A DNA stretch of 64,000 nucleotides from Pseudomonadota bacterium (GTDB lineage: Bacteria > Pseudomonadota > Gammaproteobacteria > SURF-13). Position 1 is the first letter of the stretch. Each line of letters opens with the position of its first letter. Below, piece by piece: positions 22,394 to 34,433 of this stretch. Below the pieces are notes generated by a model, which saw only the letters and a list, made by a program, of their open reading frames with translations, was not told the DNA's origin and made no database searches. The DNA is taken from NCBI GenBank assembly GCA_040756035.1, contig JBFLZV010000002.1:16124-80123 (forward strand). Direction: 5' to 3'. A program made the position numbers and the translations under genes.

Positions 22394-24285
22394 GGGTTGG
22401 CGGCCTGCTGCGCCGCGGTTTGCGGCAAGGGGTGGTCGGCGAAGTAGCGGTCCATCAGTTTGCGCGCGATGGGCGCGGCGGCGGTGGCGCCGTGGCTGCC
22501 GTTTTCCACCAGCACCGCCATGGCGATGCGTGGATCGTCGGCGGGCGCGAAGGCGATAAACCAGGCGTGATCGCGCAGCCGTTCCGCGACGGTGGCCTCG
22601 TCGTATTTTTCGTTTTGCTTGATGCTGAACACCTGCGCGGTGCCGGTCTTGCCGGCGATGGTGTAGCCGATGTCGCGGCCGATGCCGCGCGCGGTGCCGC
22701 GATCGCCGTGCACCACCTTGACCATGGCGTCGATCACGCGTCGCCAGTTGGCGCTCTGCACAATGGGGACGGCCTGGCCCGGTGCGAGCGGAAGCGGCGT
22801 AAGTTTTTGGCTGATCGGGTCTTGCGCGCCGTATGCCATGCGCGGCGCGAAGCGTTGCCCGCGATTGGCGAGCGCGGCGGTGGCCTCGGCGAGTTGCAGC
22901 GGCGTGACCAGCGTGTAGCCCTGGCCGATGCCGACGATCAGCGTCTCGCCGGGAAACCACGGCTGATTGTAGGAGCGGCGCTTCCAGTCGCGCGACGGCA
23001 TCACACCGGCCAGTTCGCCGTCCACGTCGATGCCGGTTTTCGCGCCGAAGCCGAAGCGGCTCATGAAATCGTGCAGGCGATCGATGCCGAGCGCCTGCGC
23101 CAGATTGTAAAAATACACGTCGCAGGATTCCACGATGGCGCGCTCCAGATCGACTGCGCCGTGGCCGCTTTTTTTCCAATCGCGATAGCGGTGATTGTGG
23201 CCGCTGAGCGTGAAAAAGCCCGGGCAAAATTTACTGTCCGACGGCGTAACCTGGTTCATCTCCAGACCGCCCAAGCCGATGAACGGCTTGACTGTGGAAC
23301 CGGGCGGATAGAGTCCGCGCAGCGCGCGGTTGTATAGCGGCCGGTCGATGTGCGTGGACAGTGTTTTATAAGTGTCGACGTCGATACCGTTCACAAATGG
23401 ATTGGGGTCGTAGCCGGGCATACTCGCCAGAGTCAGTACGCCGCCGGTCTTGGGGTCGATGGCCGCCACCGCGCCGCGATTTTCGCCGAGCAACGACTCC
23501 GCCAATATCTGCAAGCGTATGTCGAGGTTGAGATAAAGATTTTGGCCGGCGCGCGGCGGCGTGCGTTTCAAGATACGCAGGCGGCGGCCTTGCGCGTTGG
23601 TTTCCACTTGCTCGACGCCGACCGTGCCGTGCAGCAGTTCCTCGTAGGATTTTTCCACACCGGTCTTGCCGATGTGCGTGGTGCCGCTGTAATCGGTGGC
23701 GTCGAGTTTGGCCAATTCGTCCTCGCTGATGCGTCCTACGTAGCCGATCGCGTGCACGGCCAGCGCGCCCAGCGGGTAGTGGCGCGCCACGCTCGCCGCT
23801 ACGTCCACGCCGGGAAAGCGCGGACGGTTCACGGCGAACGCCGCCACTTCTTCCTCGCTCAAGCGCAGGCGCAGCGGCACGCCGTTGCTGGTGCGCTTCT
23901 GCTTGAGCATTTTGCGGAAGCGTTTGAGGTCGGTGTCGCTGATGGGGATGATCTCGCGCAGCGCGGCGAGCGTCTTGTTGAGGTTCGGCACTTGCTCCGG
24001 CACGATTTCCAGACTGAACGACGGCAGGTTTTGCGCGAGCAGCACGCCGTTGCGGTCGTAAATCAGCCCGCGCGCCGGCGGTAGCGCCACGATGCTGATG
24101 CGGTTGTCCTGTGACAGCGTCGTAAAACGCTCATTGCTGATTACCTGCAAATACACGAGCCGCGCGATCAGCGCCACGATCAGCACCATGGTCAACAGCA
24201 AAGCGGCCAGCAGGCGCTGCCGGTGCAGGCGCGTCTCGCGCAGCGTATCGCGAATCTGATCCTTGGCGGTGATGCGCGGATCCAT
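22390..24285 (-). CDS. mrdA: Penicillin-binding protein 2 (elongasome transpeptidase)
   Basis: 631 aa with STVK, SGN and KTGT motifs. Starts at MDPRITAKDQ. Confidence 0.95.
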   Translation of the reverse strand: MDPRITAKDQIRDTLRETRLHRQRLLAALLLTMVLIVALIARLVYLQVISNERFTTLSQDNRISIVALPPARGLIYDRNGVLLAQNLPSFSLEIVPEQVPNLNKTLAALREIIPISDTDLKRFRKMLKQKRTSNGVPLRLRLSEEEVAAFAVNRPRFPGVDVAASVARHYPLGALAVHAIGYVGRISEDELAKLDATDYSGTTHIGKTGVEKSYEELLHGTVGVEQVETNAQGRRLRILKRTPPRAGQNLYLNLDIRLQILAESLLGENRGAVAAIDPKTGGVLTLASMPGYDPNPFVNGIDVDTYKTLSTHIDRPLYNRALRGLYPPGSTVKPFIGLGGLEMNQVTPSDSKFCPGFFTLSGHNHRYRDWKKSGHGAVDLERAIVESCDVYFYNLAQALGIDRLHDFMSRFGFGAKTGIDVDGELAGVMPSRDWKRRSYNQPWFPGETLIVGIGQGYTLVTPLQLAEATAALANRGQRFAPRMAYGAQDPISQKLTPLPLAPGQAVPIVQSANWRRVIDAMVKVVHGDRGTARGIGRDIGYTIAGKTGTAQVFSIKQNEKYDEATVAERLRDHAWFIAFAPADDPRIAMAVLVENGSHGATAAAPIARKLMDRYFADHPLPQTAAQQAANP

Positions 24286-24311
24286 GATTACACGCCGCTT
24301 ATTCCAAGCCG

Positions 24312-24806
24312 CTATTTGAGAGCGGCATAACGTTGATGCATGCCACGCAGAGCTACCACCACGGCGGGCCACAGCAGCGCGCTGGATAGGGTCGGCAGCC
24401 AATAACCGATGCCCCACACCGGTTGTCCGGTAACGCCCTTGATCAGCAGCACCAGTGCTTGCGCGGCGACGATCAGCGCCAGCACCAGCGGCGCCTGCTG
24501 CGCCAGCGGCAGGGCGCGCATGTGCTGGTGCAGCTTGACGGCGAGATAGGCCACCACCGCGAAACTCAGCGCATATTGGCCAAGCAGGGCGTCCCGCGTC
24601 ACGTCGAGCAGCAGTCCCGCGCTCCAGCCGACGCCCACGCCGACGCGCTGCGGCGCGGTCGTGCACCAGTAAATCAGCACCAGCGCCACCCACTCCGGGC
24701 GTAACGCCTGCGCCCACTGCGGCAGCGGCAGCAGCGTCAGCGCGAAGGCCGCCACGAAACTCAGCAGGATCATCCAGCCGCTCTGGCGTGTGGAGTTCCG
24801 GCGCAC
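24312..24806 (-). CDS. mreD: Rod shape-determining protein MreD
   Basis: 164-aa polytopic membrane protein immediately downstream of mreC. Confidence 0.85.
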   Translation of the reverse strand: MRRNSTRQSGWMILLSFVAAFALTLLPLPQWAQALRPEWVALVLIYWCTTAPQRVGVGVGWSAGLLLDVTRDALLGQYALSFAVVAYLAVKLHQHMRALPLAQQAPLVLALIVAAQALVLLIKGVTGQPVWGIGYWLPTLSSALLWPAVVVALRGMHQRYAALK

Positions 24807-24807
24807 G

Positions 24808-25755
24808 TTATTCGACTTCTTCGGAGAGAGCGTCGACGGACATCGGCGTAAAGCTGATACCCGGTTGCGCAGAAACGGGCGCCGCCGACTTGGGCGCTTC
24901 GGCGTCGGCGGGCGTCGGCGCGGCGCGCGATGATGAATTTTCCGGCCATACCAGCAACACCTCGCGGCTGCGTTCCAGACGCGCGGTGGGCGCGGCGCTG
25001 ATCTTGGCGAACGGCTGGCCGGGATCGCGTTCCACCGCGGTCACCGTGGCCACCGGATAATCGGGCGGAAAGCGCCCGCCCAATCCGGAACTGATCAATA
25101 AATCGCCCACTTGCACGTCGGCGCTCTTGGAAATGTACGGCACGTCCAGACGGCTGAACGAGCCGGTGCCGATCACCAGCGCGCGCAGGCCGTTGCGGTT
25201 GACCTGCACGGGCAGCGCATGGCTGGGATCGGTGATGAGCAGCGCCGTGCTGCTGAGCGGCCCGACGTGAAACACTTGCCCTATAATGCCCGTGGAATCG
25301 AGCAGCGGCTGGCCGGGCACGACACCGTGACGCGCGCCCTTGTTCAAGGCAATCTTATGCCGGAACGGGTCGACGTCCACGTCCAACAATTCCGCGATTA
25401 GCATCCGTTCGCCGACTTTCTTGGACGATTGCAGCAATTCGCGCAAGCGCATATTCTCGGTTTCCAAGGCGGCGAATTTCTGCAACTGCGCCTCGAGCAG
25501 CCGGTTTTGCTCGCGCAGCATGGTGTTTTCCTTGGACAGCGCGGTGCGGGTGGAGAGGCTTTCGTCGAGCCACCGGTAGGTGAGGAAGGGGATGTTGACC
25601 GCATACTGCAACGGATAAATCACCACGGACAGAACGCCACGCACGCCGTCCAGATAATTCTGGCGGTGATCGACGGTCATCAGAATCAACGAGATAACGG
25701 CGAAAAACAGGAAACGGAGAACTAATGAAGGCCCGCGTATGAACAGGGGCTTCAT
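24808..25755 (-). CDS. mreC: Rod shape-determining protein MreC
   Basis: Aligns with E. coli MreC from MKPLFIRGPS onwards. Has a coiled-coil region and a Pro/Ala-rich C-terminus. Confidence 0.9.
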   Translation of the reverse strand: MKPLFIRGPSLVLRFLFFAVISLILMTVDHRQNYLDGVRGVLSVVIYPLQYAVNIPFLTYRWLDESLSTRTALSKENTMLREQNRLLEAQLQKFAALETENMRLRELLQSSKKVGERMLIAELLDVDVDPFRHKIALNKGARHGVVPGQPLLDSTGIIGQVFHVGPLSSTALLITDPSHALPVQVNRNGLRALVIGTGSFSRLDVPYISKSADVQVGDLLISSGLGGRFPPDYPVATVTAVERDPGQPFAKISAAPTARLERSREVLLVWPENSSSRAAPTPADAEAPKSAAPVSAQPGISFTPMSVDALSEEVE

Positions 25756-25896
25756 CGCGCCCGAGGAGTACGTCGTGTTCATCTCAAGCGTGTATCGCGC
25801 AGTAGAAACAAGCTGCTATAAGCAAATACCGTAATACCGTTCCCCTCCGCCGTTGCCTTTGCTCCCGATCGACTGAAGTGAAGCTTTGGTAACGGC

Positions 25897-26952
<1,056 letters not shown>

Positions 26953-27063
26953 CTATCCTAATAGTAATAAAGGTTCACACTGTATCAATGCGGGGGCTTT
27001 TGGGCAAGCGGCTTAATATGATAACTTGCACATTTTAAGTGACTTGTCATTATTAGGAGCCCC

Positions 27064-27351
27064 ATGTCCCTGCAAGCCTCCGAGGTGGAAAAAATCGCCC
27101 ATTTGGCGCGCCTCGCCATTGATCCCGCGGATATTCCCGTCTATACGCGCAACCTGTCCAACATCATCGACCTGGTGGCGCAGCTTCAGGCCGTTGATAC
27201 CGGCGGCGTCAAACCCATGGCCCATCCCCTGGAGATGGCCGCGCGCCTGCGCCCTGACGTCGTCACTGAAACTAACCAGCGCGATAAATTCCTGAGCCTG
27301 GCGCCGCAAGCGGCGGCGGGGCTGTATCTGGTGCCTAAGGTGATTGAATAA
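27064..27351 (+). CDS. gatC: Asp/Glu-tRNA amidotransferase subunit C
   Basis: 95 aa with the GatC signature. Lies upstream of gatA and gatB. Confidence 0.9.
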   Translation: MSLQASEVEKIAHLARLAIDPADIPVYTRNLSNIIDLVAQLQAVDTGGVKPMAHPLEMAARLRPDVVTETNQRDKFLSLAPQAAAGLYLVPKVIE

Positions 27352-27356
27352 ACCAG

Positions 27357-27424
27357 TTAGGAGTGAGGCGTAAGGAGTGAGGGGTATGCTATTTACTCCT
27401 TACCCCTCACTTCTTACTCATTAC
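27357..27424. repeat. Family 2 palindromic element, copy B, inside the gatC-gatA intercistronic gap
   Basis: TTAGGAGTGAGGCGTAAGGAGTGAGGGGTA ... TACTCCTTACCCCTCACTTCTTACTCATTAC. Confidence 0.75.
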
Positions 27425-27431
27425 TAAACAT

Positions 27432-28886
<1,455 letters not shown>

Positions 28887-28893
28887 ATCAGTT

Positions 28894-28932
28894 GCGTAGA
28901 TTGGGGTGAATGAAATGAACCCCAACGAATAA
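28894..28932 (+). repeat. REP element copy 1 (GCGTAGATTGGGGTGA...GAACCCCAAC)
   Basis: Hairpin with a GTAG 5' motif, between gatA and gatB. Confidence 0.8.
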
Positions 28933-28975
28933 CGGAACCGTGTTACATATTTGCGTGAGACATTAGGAATTAGGT

Positions 28976-30415
28976 ATGGAATGGGAAACAGTCATCGGCT
29001 TGGAAATTCATGCCCAGCTTGCCACGAAAAGCAAAATCTTTTCCGGCGCGCCGACCGCTTATGGGGCCGAGCCGAACACGCAGGCGTGCGCGGTTGACCT
29101 GGGCTTGCCCGGTGTGCTGCCGGTGCTCAACGAAGAAGCCGTGCGCATGGCGGTGAAATTCGGCTTGGCGGTGCACGCCGCCATCGCGCCGTATTCCGTA
29201 TTCGCGCGCAAGAATTATTTCTATCCCGATTTGCCCAAGGGTTATCAAATCAGCCAATACGAATTGCCGGTGGTCGCCAAGGGCCGCATCGACATCGAAC
29301 TCGACGACGGCGCCGTCAAAACTATCGGCGTCACGCGCGCGCATTTGGAGGAAGACGCCGGCAAATCGCTGCACGAGGATTTTCACGGCATGAGCGGCAT
29401 CGACCTCAATCGCGCCGGCACGCCGCTGCTGGAAATCGTCTCCGAGCCGGACATGCGCTCCGCCAAGGAAGCGGTAGCCTATATGAAAAAAATCCATGCC
29501 CTGGTGCGCTACTTGGAAATCTGTGACGGCAATATGCAGGAAGGCTCGTTCCGCTGCGACGCCAACGTGTCGGTGCGCCCCAAGGGCCAGCAAAAATTCG
29601 GCACGCGCGCGGAGCTGAAAAACATCAACTCGTTCCGCTTCGTCGAGAAGGCTATCAATTACGAAGTCGAACGCCAGATCGAATTGCTGGAATCCGGCGG
29701 CACGGTGGTGCAGGAAACGCGCCTGTACGACGCCGACAAAGACGAAACGCGCCCCATGCGCTCCAAGGAAGAGGCCAACGATTACCGCTACTTCCCTGAT
29801 CCCGATCTGCTGCCGCTGGAGTTGAGCGCGGAATTCGTCGAGCAAGTGCGGCGCACGCTGCCGGAATTGCCCGATGAGAAGAAGCAGCGCTTCATGCGCG
29901 ACTATCAACTTTCACCTTACGAAGCCGGCGTGCTCACCGCCAGCCGCGAACTGGCCGACTACTACGAGGCCGTGGTGCGCGCCTCCAACGGCGCGGCCAA
30001 GCTGTCCGCCAACTGGGTGATGGGCGACTTGCTCGGCGCGCTCAACAAGGCCGGCCTGGAAATCGAAGCGAGTCCGCTCGACGCGAAAAAATTGGGCGGC
30101 CTGTTGCTGCGCATTCAAGACAACACCATCTCCGGCAAAATCGCCAAGCAAGTGTTCGAAGCCATGTGGAATGGCGAAGGCGAGGCCGACGCCATCATCG
30201 AGGCCAAGGGCTTGAAACAAGTCACCGACACCGGCGCGATCGAAAAGGCCATCGATGCCGTCATGGCGCAACACCCGCAGCAGTTACAGCAATACCGAGA
30301 TGGTCAGGACAAACTGTTCGGCTTCTTCGTCGGCCAAGTCATGAAGGCCACGCAAGGCAAAGCCAACCCGGCACAGTTGAACGCGCTGCTCAAGGAAAAA
30401 CTCGCACAGAAGTAA
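28976..30415 (+). CDS. gatB: Asp/Glu-tRNA amidotransferase subunit B
   Basis: 479 aa with the GatB/YqeY domain architecture. Confidence 0.95.
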   Translation: MEWETVIGLEIHAQLATKSKIFSGAPTAYGAEPNTQACAVDLGLPGVLPVLNEEAVRMAVKFGLAVHAAIAPYSVFARKNYFYPDLPKGYQISQYELPVVAKGRIDIELDDGAVKTIGVTRAHLEEDAGKSLHEDFHGMSGIDLNRAGTPLLEIVSEPDMRSAKEAVAYMKKIHALVRYLEICDGNMQEGSFRCDANVSVRPKGQQKFGTRAELKNINSFRFVEKAINYEVERQIELLESGGTVVQETRLYDADKDETRPMRSKEEANDYRYFPDPDLLPLELSAEFVEQVRRTLPELPDEKKQRFMRDYQLSPYEAGVLTASRELADYYEAVVRASNGAAKLSANWVMGDLLGALNKAGLEIEASPLDAKKLGGLLLRIQDNTISGKIAKQVFEAMWNGEGEADAIIEAKGLKQVTDTGAIEKAIDAVMAQHPQQLQQYRDGQDKLFGFFVGQVMKATQGKANPAQLNALLKEKLAQK

Positions 30416-30421
30416 AATATA

Positions 30422-30516
30422 TGTAGGTTGGGGTGACTCCGCACCTTGCTTGCCACGGTTGCGTGATGTACGGGCTTAGCAATTTGCAAGGTGCGGGGGA
30501 ACCCCAACAAAAATAA
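30422..30516 (+). repeat. REP element copy 2, expanded: a second palindrome (CCGCACCTTGC...GCAAGGTGCGG) is nested in the REP loop
   Basis: TGTAGGTTGGGGTGA...GGAACCCCAACAAAAATAA, between gatB and corA. Confidence 0.8.
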
Positions 30517-30549
30517 TCCGGTGACTTCGCCTTTGCACGAACACTACAC

Positions 30550-31617
30550 ATGGCCGAACTGCTGAAAGACTATCACCCGCCCGGCACCGCGCCCGGCACG
30601 TTGCATCCGGCGCGTGGAGAGGGCGAGCGGGTGCGCGTGCTGCTCACTCGCTACCGCGACGCCAAACCCGAGACGCAGGAATTTGCCGATGTCCGCGAAC
30701 TCGCCGCGGCTATGCGGGGCGCGGAATTAAGTTGGGTACACGTGATCGGCTTGGGCGACATCAAGGCGCTGGAGCGGCTCGGTGAACTTTTTGAATTGCA
30801 TCCGCTTGCGTTGGAAGACGTCACGCGTCTCGGCCAACGTCCTAAAGTGGAAACCTACGCGGATCAGTTGTTCGTTATTTTGCAACACATGGAATACGCG
30901 CAAGAGCAAACCAGATTCACCCAATTTGCGCTGTTTCTCAGAAAAAACTGCGTCATCACTTTCCAGCCGAGCAGGTCCGATCTGCTGGAACCGCTGCGCC
31001 GCCGTATGCCGAACGGCACGGGCGGCGCACCGCTGTTCAGCGCCGATTATCTCGCCTATTCCATCATCGATTTGATCATCGATTCCGCGTTTCCGGCGCT
31101 GGAAGCGTTCGGCAATCGCATGGAAGCATTGGAAGACGAAATTCTGCGCAATCCCAATCGCCAAGTCATGGCGCGCATACACGGCGTGCGTCGCCAACTG
31201 GTGCATCTGCGCCGCATACTGTGGCCGCAGCGCGACGTGATCGTGCGCCTGATGCGCAACGAGCAAGATCTGATCAGCCACGATGTGATCGTATACCTGC
31301 GCGACTCCTCCGATCACGCGGTGCAAGCCATGGACGTGGTGGAAAGCTACCGCGAAATGGCCGCAAGCCTGCTCGACGTGCACCTCTCCAACACCAACGT
31401 GCGCCTCACCGAAGTGATGCGCGTGCTCACCGTCATCGCCACACTGTTCACCCCGCCGATATTCGTCACCAGCATCTACGGCATGAACTTCGACCGCTCC
31501 CATCCATTAAACATGCCCGAACTGGGCTGGGAATACGGCTATCTCATGGTGTGGGGCATCATCATCTCCATCATCATCGGCATGCTCCTTTATTTCCGCC
31601 GCAAGCGGTGGATGTGA
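30550..31617 (+). CDS. corA: Magnesium/cobalt transporter CorA
   Basis: 355 aa. YGMNF (GMN) motif followed by two C-terminal transmembrane helices. Confidence 0.9.
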   Translation: MAELLKDYHPPGTAPGTLHPARGEGERVRVLLTRYRDAKPETQEFADVRELAAAMRGAELSWVHVIGLGDIKALERLGELFELHPLALEDVTRLGQRPKVETYADQLFVILQHMEYAQEQTRFTQFALFLRKNCVITFQPSRSDLLEPLRRRMPNGTGGAPLFSADYLAYSIIDLIIDSAFPALEAFGNRMEALEDEILRNPNRQVMARIHGVRRQLVHLRRILWPQRDVIVRLMRNEQDLISHDVIVYLRDSSDHAVQAMDVVESYREMAASLLDVHLSNTNVRLTEVMRVLTVIATLFTPPIFVTSIYGMNFDRSHPLNMPELGWEYGYLMVWGIIISIIIGMLLYFRRKRWM

Positions 31618-31825
31618 ATCCTTATCATATGAATGAATGCTAATATCCATGCTAACTCAGTGAGAATATAAAGCTACCGATCACGATTTGCTTTACCACT
31701 ATTGCTCTGCGGAGACATTTCTTGCTATTTGCGGAAGTAAGAGACTCCGCTTTAATGATCTTTTTTCGATGAATGATTTCTCGGAGTTGCATTGGGGCTA
31801 CCATGTTTGGGAAGAAGCCGCTAGC

Positions 31826-31863
31826 GCGTAGGTTGGGGTAAGCGAAGCGAACCCCAACAAAAA
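31826..31863 (+). repeat. REP element copy 3, 5' flank of the RAYT gene
   Basis: GCGTAGGTTGGGGTAAGCGAAGCGAACCCCAACAAAAA. Confidence 0.85.
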
Positions 31864-31909
31864 CGATTCAACGAGGCGAACAAATAAACAATCATCTGGA
31901 ATATCAGCG

Positions 31910-32440
31910 ATGCGATATCGACGCGCCGATATAGCCGGAGGAACGTATTTCTTTACGGTCAATCTCGCGGAGCGTAGCCGCACGCTATTGTTCGATTACG
32001 TTGACGTGTTGCGTGCGGTGATCCAAGAGGTCAAACGGCGGCATCCCTTTCACATTGACGCAATAGTGATATTGTCCGACCATTTACACGCTTTGTGGAC
32101 ATTGCCGGCGGATGATCGCGATTACCCTACCCGTTGGACGCTCATCAAAGCCGGTTTTTCCCGGCATATCGCACCCAATGAACAGCGCAATGCGAGCCGG
32201 TTATCCAAAGGCGATCGGGGCGTTTGGCAACGGCGTTATTGGGAGCATCTTATTCGGGATGAGCAAGACTACGCTCGGCACGTGGATTATATCCATTACA
32301 ATCCGGTGAAACACGGCCATGTGCAGCGCGCTTCGGATTGGCCGTATTCCAGCATTCACCAGCATATCGCGGCGGGATTAATCAATAAAGATTGGGGTGT
32401 TGAGGGGCTTGATGAAAGTGGTAAATTTGGCGAGCGGTGA
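31910..32440 (+). CDS. REP-associated tyrosine transposase (RAYT, TnpA_REP; IS200/IS605-like Y1 HuH enzyme)
   Basis: 176 aa. Strong match to E. coli RAYT/YafM (YRRADIAGGTYFFTVNL, HuH motif HLHALWTLP, QRRYWEHLIR, HVDYIHYNPVKHG, SDWPYSS). Flanked by inverted REP copies. Confidence 0.85.
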   Translation: MRYRRADIAGGTYFFTVNLAERSRTLLFDYVDVLRAVIQEVKRRHPFHIDAIVILSDHLHALWTLPADDRDYPTRWTLIKAGFSRHIAPNEQRNASRLSKGDRGVWQRRYWEHLIRDEQDYARHVDYIHYNPVKHGHVQRASDWPYSSIHQHIAAGLINKDWGVEGLDESGKFGER

Positions 32441-32449
32441 AGAGTCGAT

Positions 32450-32483
32450 GTTGGGGTTCGCGTTGCTCACCCCAACCTACGTG
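32450..32483 (-). repeat. REP element copy 4 (inverted), 3' flank of the RAYT gene. Overlaps the uup stop codon.
   Basis: The reverse complement reads CACGTAGGTTGGGGTGAGCAACGCGAACCCCAAC. Confidence 0.85.
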
Positions 32484-34363
32484 AGTGATTCTAATTCATC
32501 CCAGCGGGCATAGGCTTTGTGCAGTGCAGCGCTGAGGGTTTCCAGTTCTTGGGTGGCGGTTAGGAAGCCTTGTTGGTCGCGTTGGTAGAAGTCGGGTTGC
32601 GCGAGCGCGGTGGTGAGTTTTGCTTGTTGCGCTTCCAGTTTTTCGATGTGCGCGGGTAGATTTTCCAGTTCGCGTTGGTCTTTGTAGTTGAGTTTGCGCT
32701 TGGGGATGGATGGTGTTCGGGGTTCCGGCGCGGGTTTGGCGGGGGATGACGGAGTGGCCGGTTGCGCGGGCCGCTGGCGCAGCCAGTCTTCGTAGCCGCC
32801 GACGTATTCGTTGATTTTTCCTTCTCCTTCGAATACCAGCACGCTGGTGACGACGTTGTCGAGAAACGCGCGGTCGTGGCTCACCAACAACAGCGTGCCT
32901 TGGTAGGCGCTTAGCAGTTCTTCGAGCAGTTCCAGCGTTTCGATATCCAAGTCATTGGTGGGTTCGTCCATGACCAGCAGGTTGGCGGGTTGCGTGAACA
33001 GGCGCGCCAGCAGCAGGCGGTTGCACTCGCCGCCCGACAGGGATTTCACCGGCGAGCGCGCGCGTTCCGGAGCGAACAGGAAATCTTGTAAGTAACTCAT
33101 GAGATGCCGCGAGCGGCCGTTGATGGTGACGGTGTCGTTGCCGCCGGCGATGTTGTCGATCACCGAGCGTTCGGGGTCGAGATGCGCGCGCAGTTGATCG
33201 AAGTAGGCCACTTGTAATTTGGTGCCGTGGCGCACGCTGCCCGTTTGCGGCGCGATTTGGCCGAGCAGCAATTTGAGCAGCGTGGTTTTGCCCACGCCGT
33301 TCGGCCCGATTAATCCGATGCGGTCGCCGCGCAGGATGCGCAGCGAAAAATCCTTGATGAGCGGCGCATCATTGTACGACAGGCTGATGTTCTCGGCTTC
33401 GATTACCAGTTTGCCGGAGCTTACGCTGCTGTCGATGTCGAGGCGCACGTTGCCTAGTTGATTGCGGCGTTTGGCGCGCTCGGCGCGCAGTGCGTACAGG
33501 GCGCGCACGCGGCCTTCGTTGCGCGTGCGCCGCGCTTGGACGCCTTGGCGTATCCACACTTCCTCCTGCGCCAGTTTTTTATCGAACTTGGCGGCGTGCT
33601 CGGCTTCGATGGCGAGATTCTCTTGTTTCTTTTGCAGGTAACGCGCGTAATCGCCGGGCCAGGAGCTGAGTTGGCCGCGATCCAGTTCGACGATGCGCGT
33701 GGCGAGATGTTTCAGCAGCGTGCGGTCGTGGGTGATGAACAACAGGCCGCCGTTGAAGTTATTGAGCAGCATGTCTTCCAGCCACTGTATCGCTTCGATG
33801 TCGAGATGATTGGTGGGCTCGTCGAGCAACAGCAGATCGGGTTCGGCCACCAAGGCTTGTGCCAAGGCGACGCGGCGTTTCCAGCCGCCGGAGAGTTCGC
33901 TGACTAATTTGTCCGCCGGCAATCCGAGGCGGCTCAGCGTGGTTTCGATGCGCTGCTGGAAGCGCCAGCCGTCCTGCGCTTCCAGGCTGTGCTGCAATGC
34001 GGAGAGGCGTTGCAAATGAACGCCATCAGGATCATCGTGCAGTAGCAGGGCGGTATGGTGATACTCGGCCAGTTGCGCGCCCAGCGTGCCGAGGCCGTCG
34101 GCGACGGCGTCGAATACGGTGCGGGTTTCTTGCAAGGGTAAATCTTGCGCGAGATAAGCGATGCGCAGGCCGGCTTGACGCCGCACCACGCCGTCATCGG
34201 GAAGTATGGCGCCGCGCAGGATTTGCATGAGCGTGGATTTTCCCGCGCCGTTGCGGCCGATCAGGCACACGCGCTCTTTGACGTCGAGCGTGAAATCGGC
34301 GGCGTCGAGCAGGGCGTGATGACCGAAGGCGATGGAGACTTTTTCGAGGGTGATGAGGGGCAT
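32477..34363 (-). CDS. uup: ABC-F family ATPase Uup
   Basis: 628 aa. Two ABC cassettes (Walker A GRNGAGKST and GPNGVGKTT, LSGG signatures) plus a C-terminal coiled-coil/DNA-binding domain. Confidence 0.8.
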   Translation of the reverse strand: MPLITLEKVSIAFGHHALLDAADFTLDVKERVCLIGRNGAGKSTLMQILRGAILPDDGVVRRQAGLRIAYLAQDLPLQETRTVFDAVADGLGTLGAQLAEYHHTALLLHDDPDGVHLQRLSALQHSLEAQDGWRFQQRIETTLSRLGLPADKLVSELSGGWKRRVALAQALVAEPDLLLLDEPTNHLDIEAIQWLEDMLLNNFNGGLLFITHDRTLLKHLATRIVELDRGQLSSWPGDYARYLQKKQENLAIEAEHAAKFDKKLAQEEVWIRQGVQARRTRNEGRVRALYALRAERAKRRNQLGNVRLDIDSSVSSGKLVIEAENISLSYNDAPLIKDFSLRILRGDRIGLIGPNGVGKTTLLKLLLGQIAPQTGSVRHGTKLQVAYFDQLRAHLDPERSVIDNIAGGNDTVTINGRSRHLMSYLQDFLFAPERARSPVKSLSGGECNRLLLARLFTQPANLLVMDEPTNDLDIETLELLEELLSAYQGTLLLVSHDRAFLDNVVTSVLVFEGEGKINEYVGGYEDWLRQRPAQPATPSSPAKPAPEPRTPSIPKRKLNYKDQRELENLPAHIEKLEAQQAKLTTALAQPDFYQRDQQGFLTATQELETLSAALHKAYARWDELESLT

Positions 34364-34394
34364 TTTTATTAGAGAAGACGCACAATGATGTGTT

Positions 34395-34429
34395 GTTGGG
34401 GTTCGCTTCGCTCACCCCAACCTACGTGG
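34395..34429 (-). repeat. REP element copy 5 (inverted), between the pilR stop and the uup start
   Basis: The reverse complement reads CCACGTAGGTTGGGGTGAGCGAAGCGAACCCCAAC. Confidence 0.85.
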
Positions 34430-34433
34430 ATTT

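Noticed and set aside
20328-24717. Arg-rich N-terminal extensions of the track ORFs 20328-22196, 21299-23227 and 22390-24717
   Set aside because: The extensions are out-of-frame read-through across the upstream gene. The true starts (mltB GTG 21302, rodA ATG 22393, mrdA ATG 24285) were placed by alignment with E. coli homologues and by the 4-nt overlap pattern.
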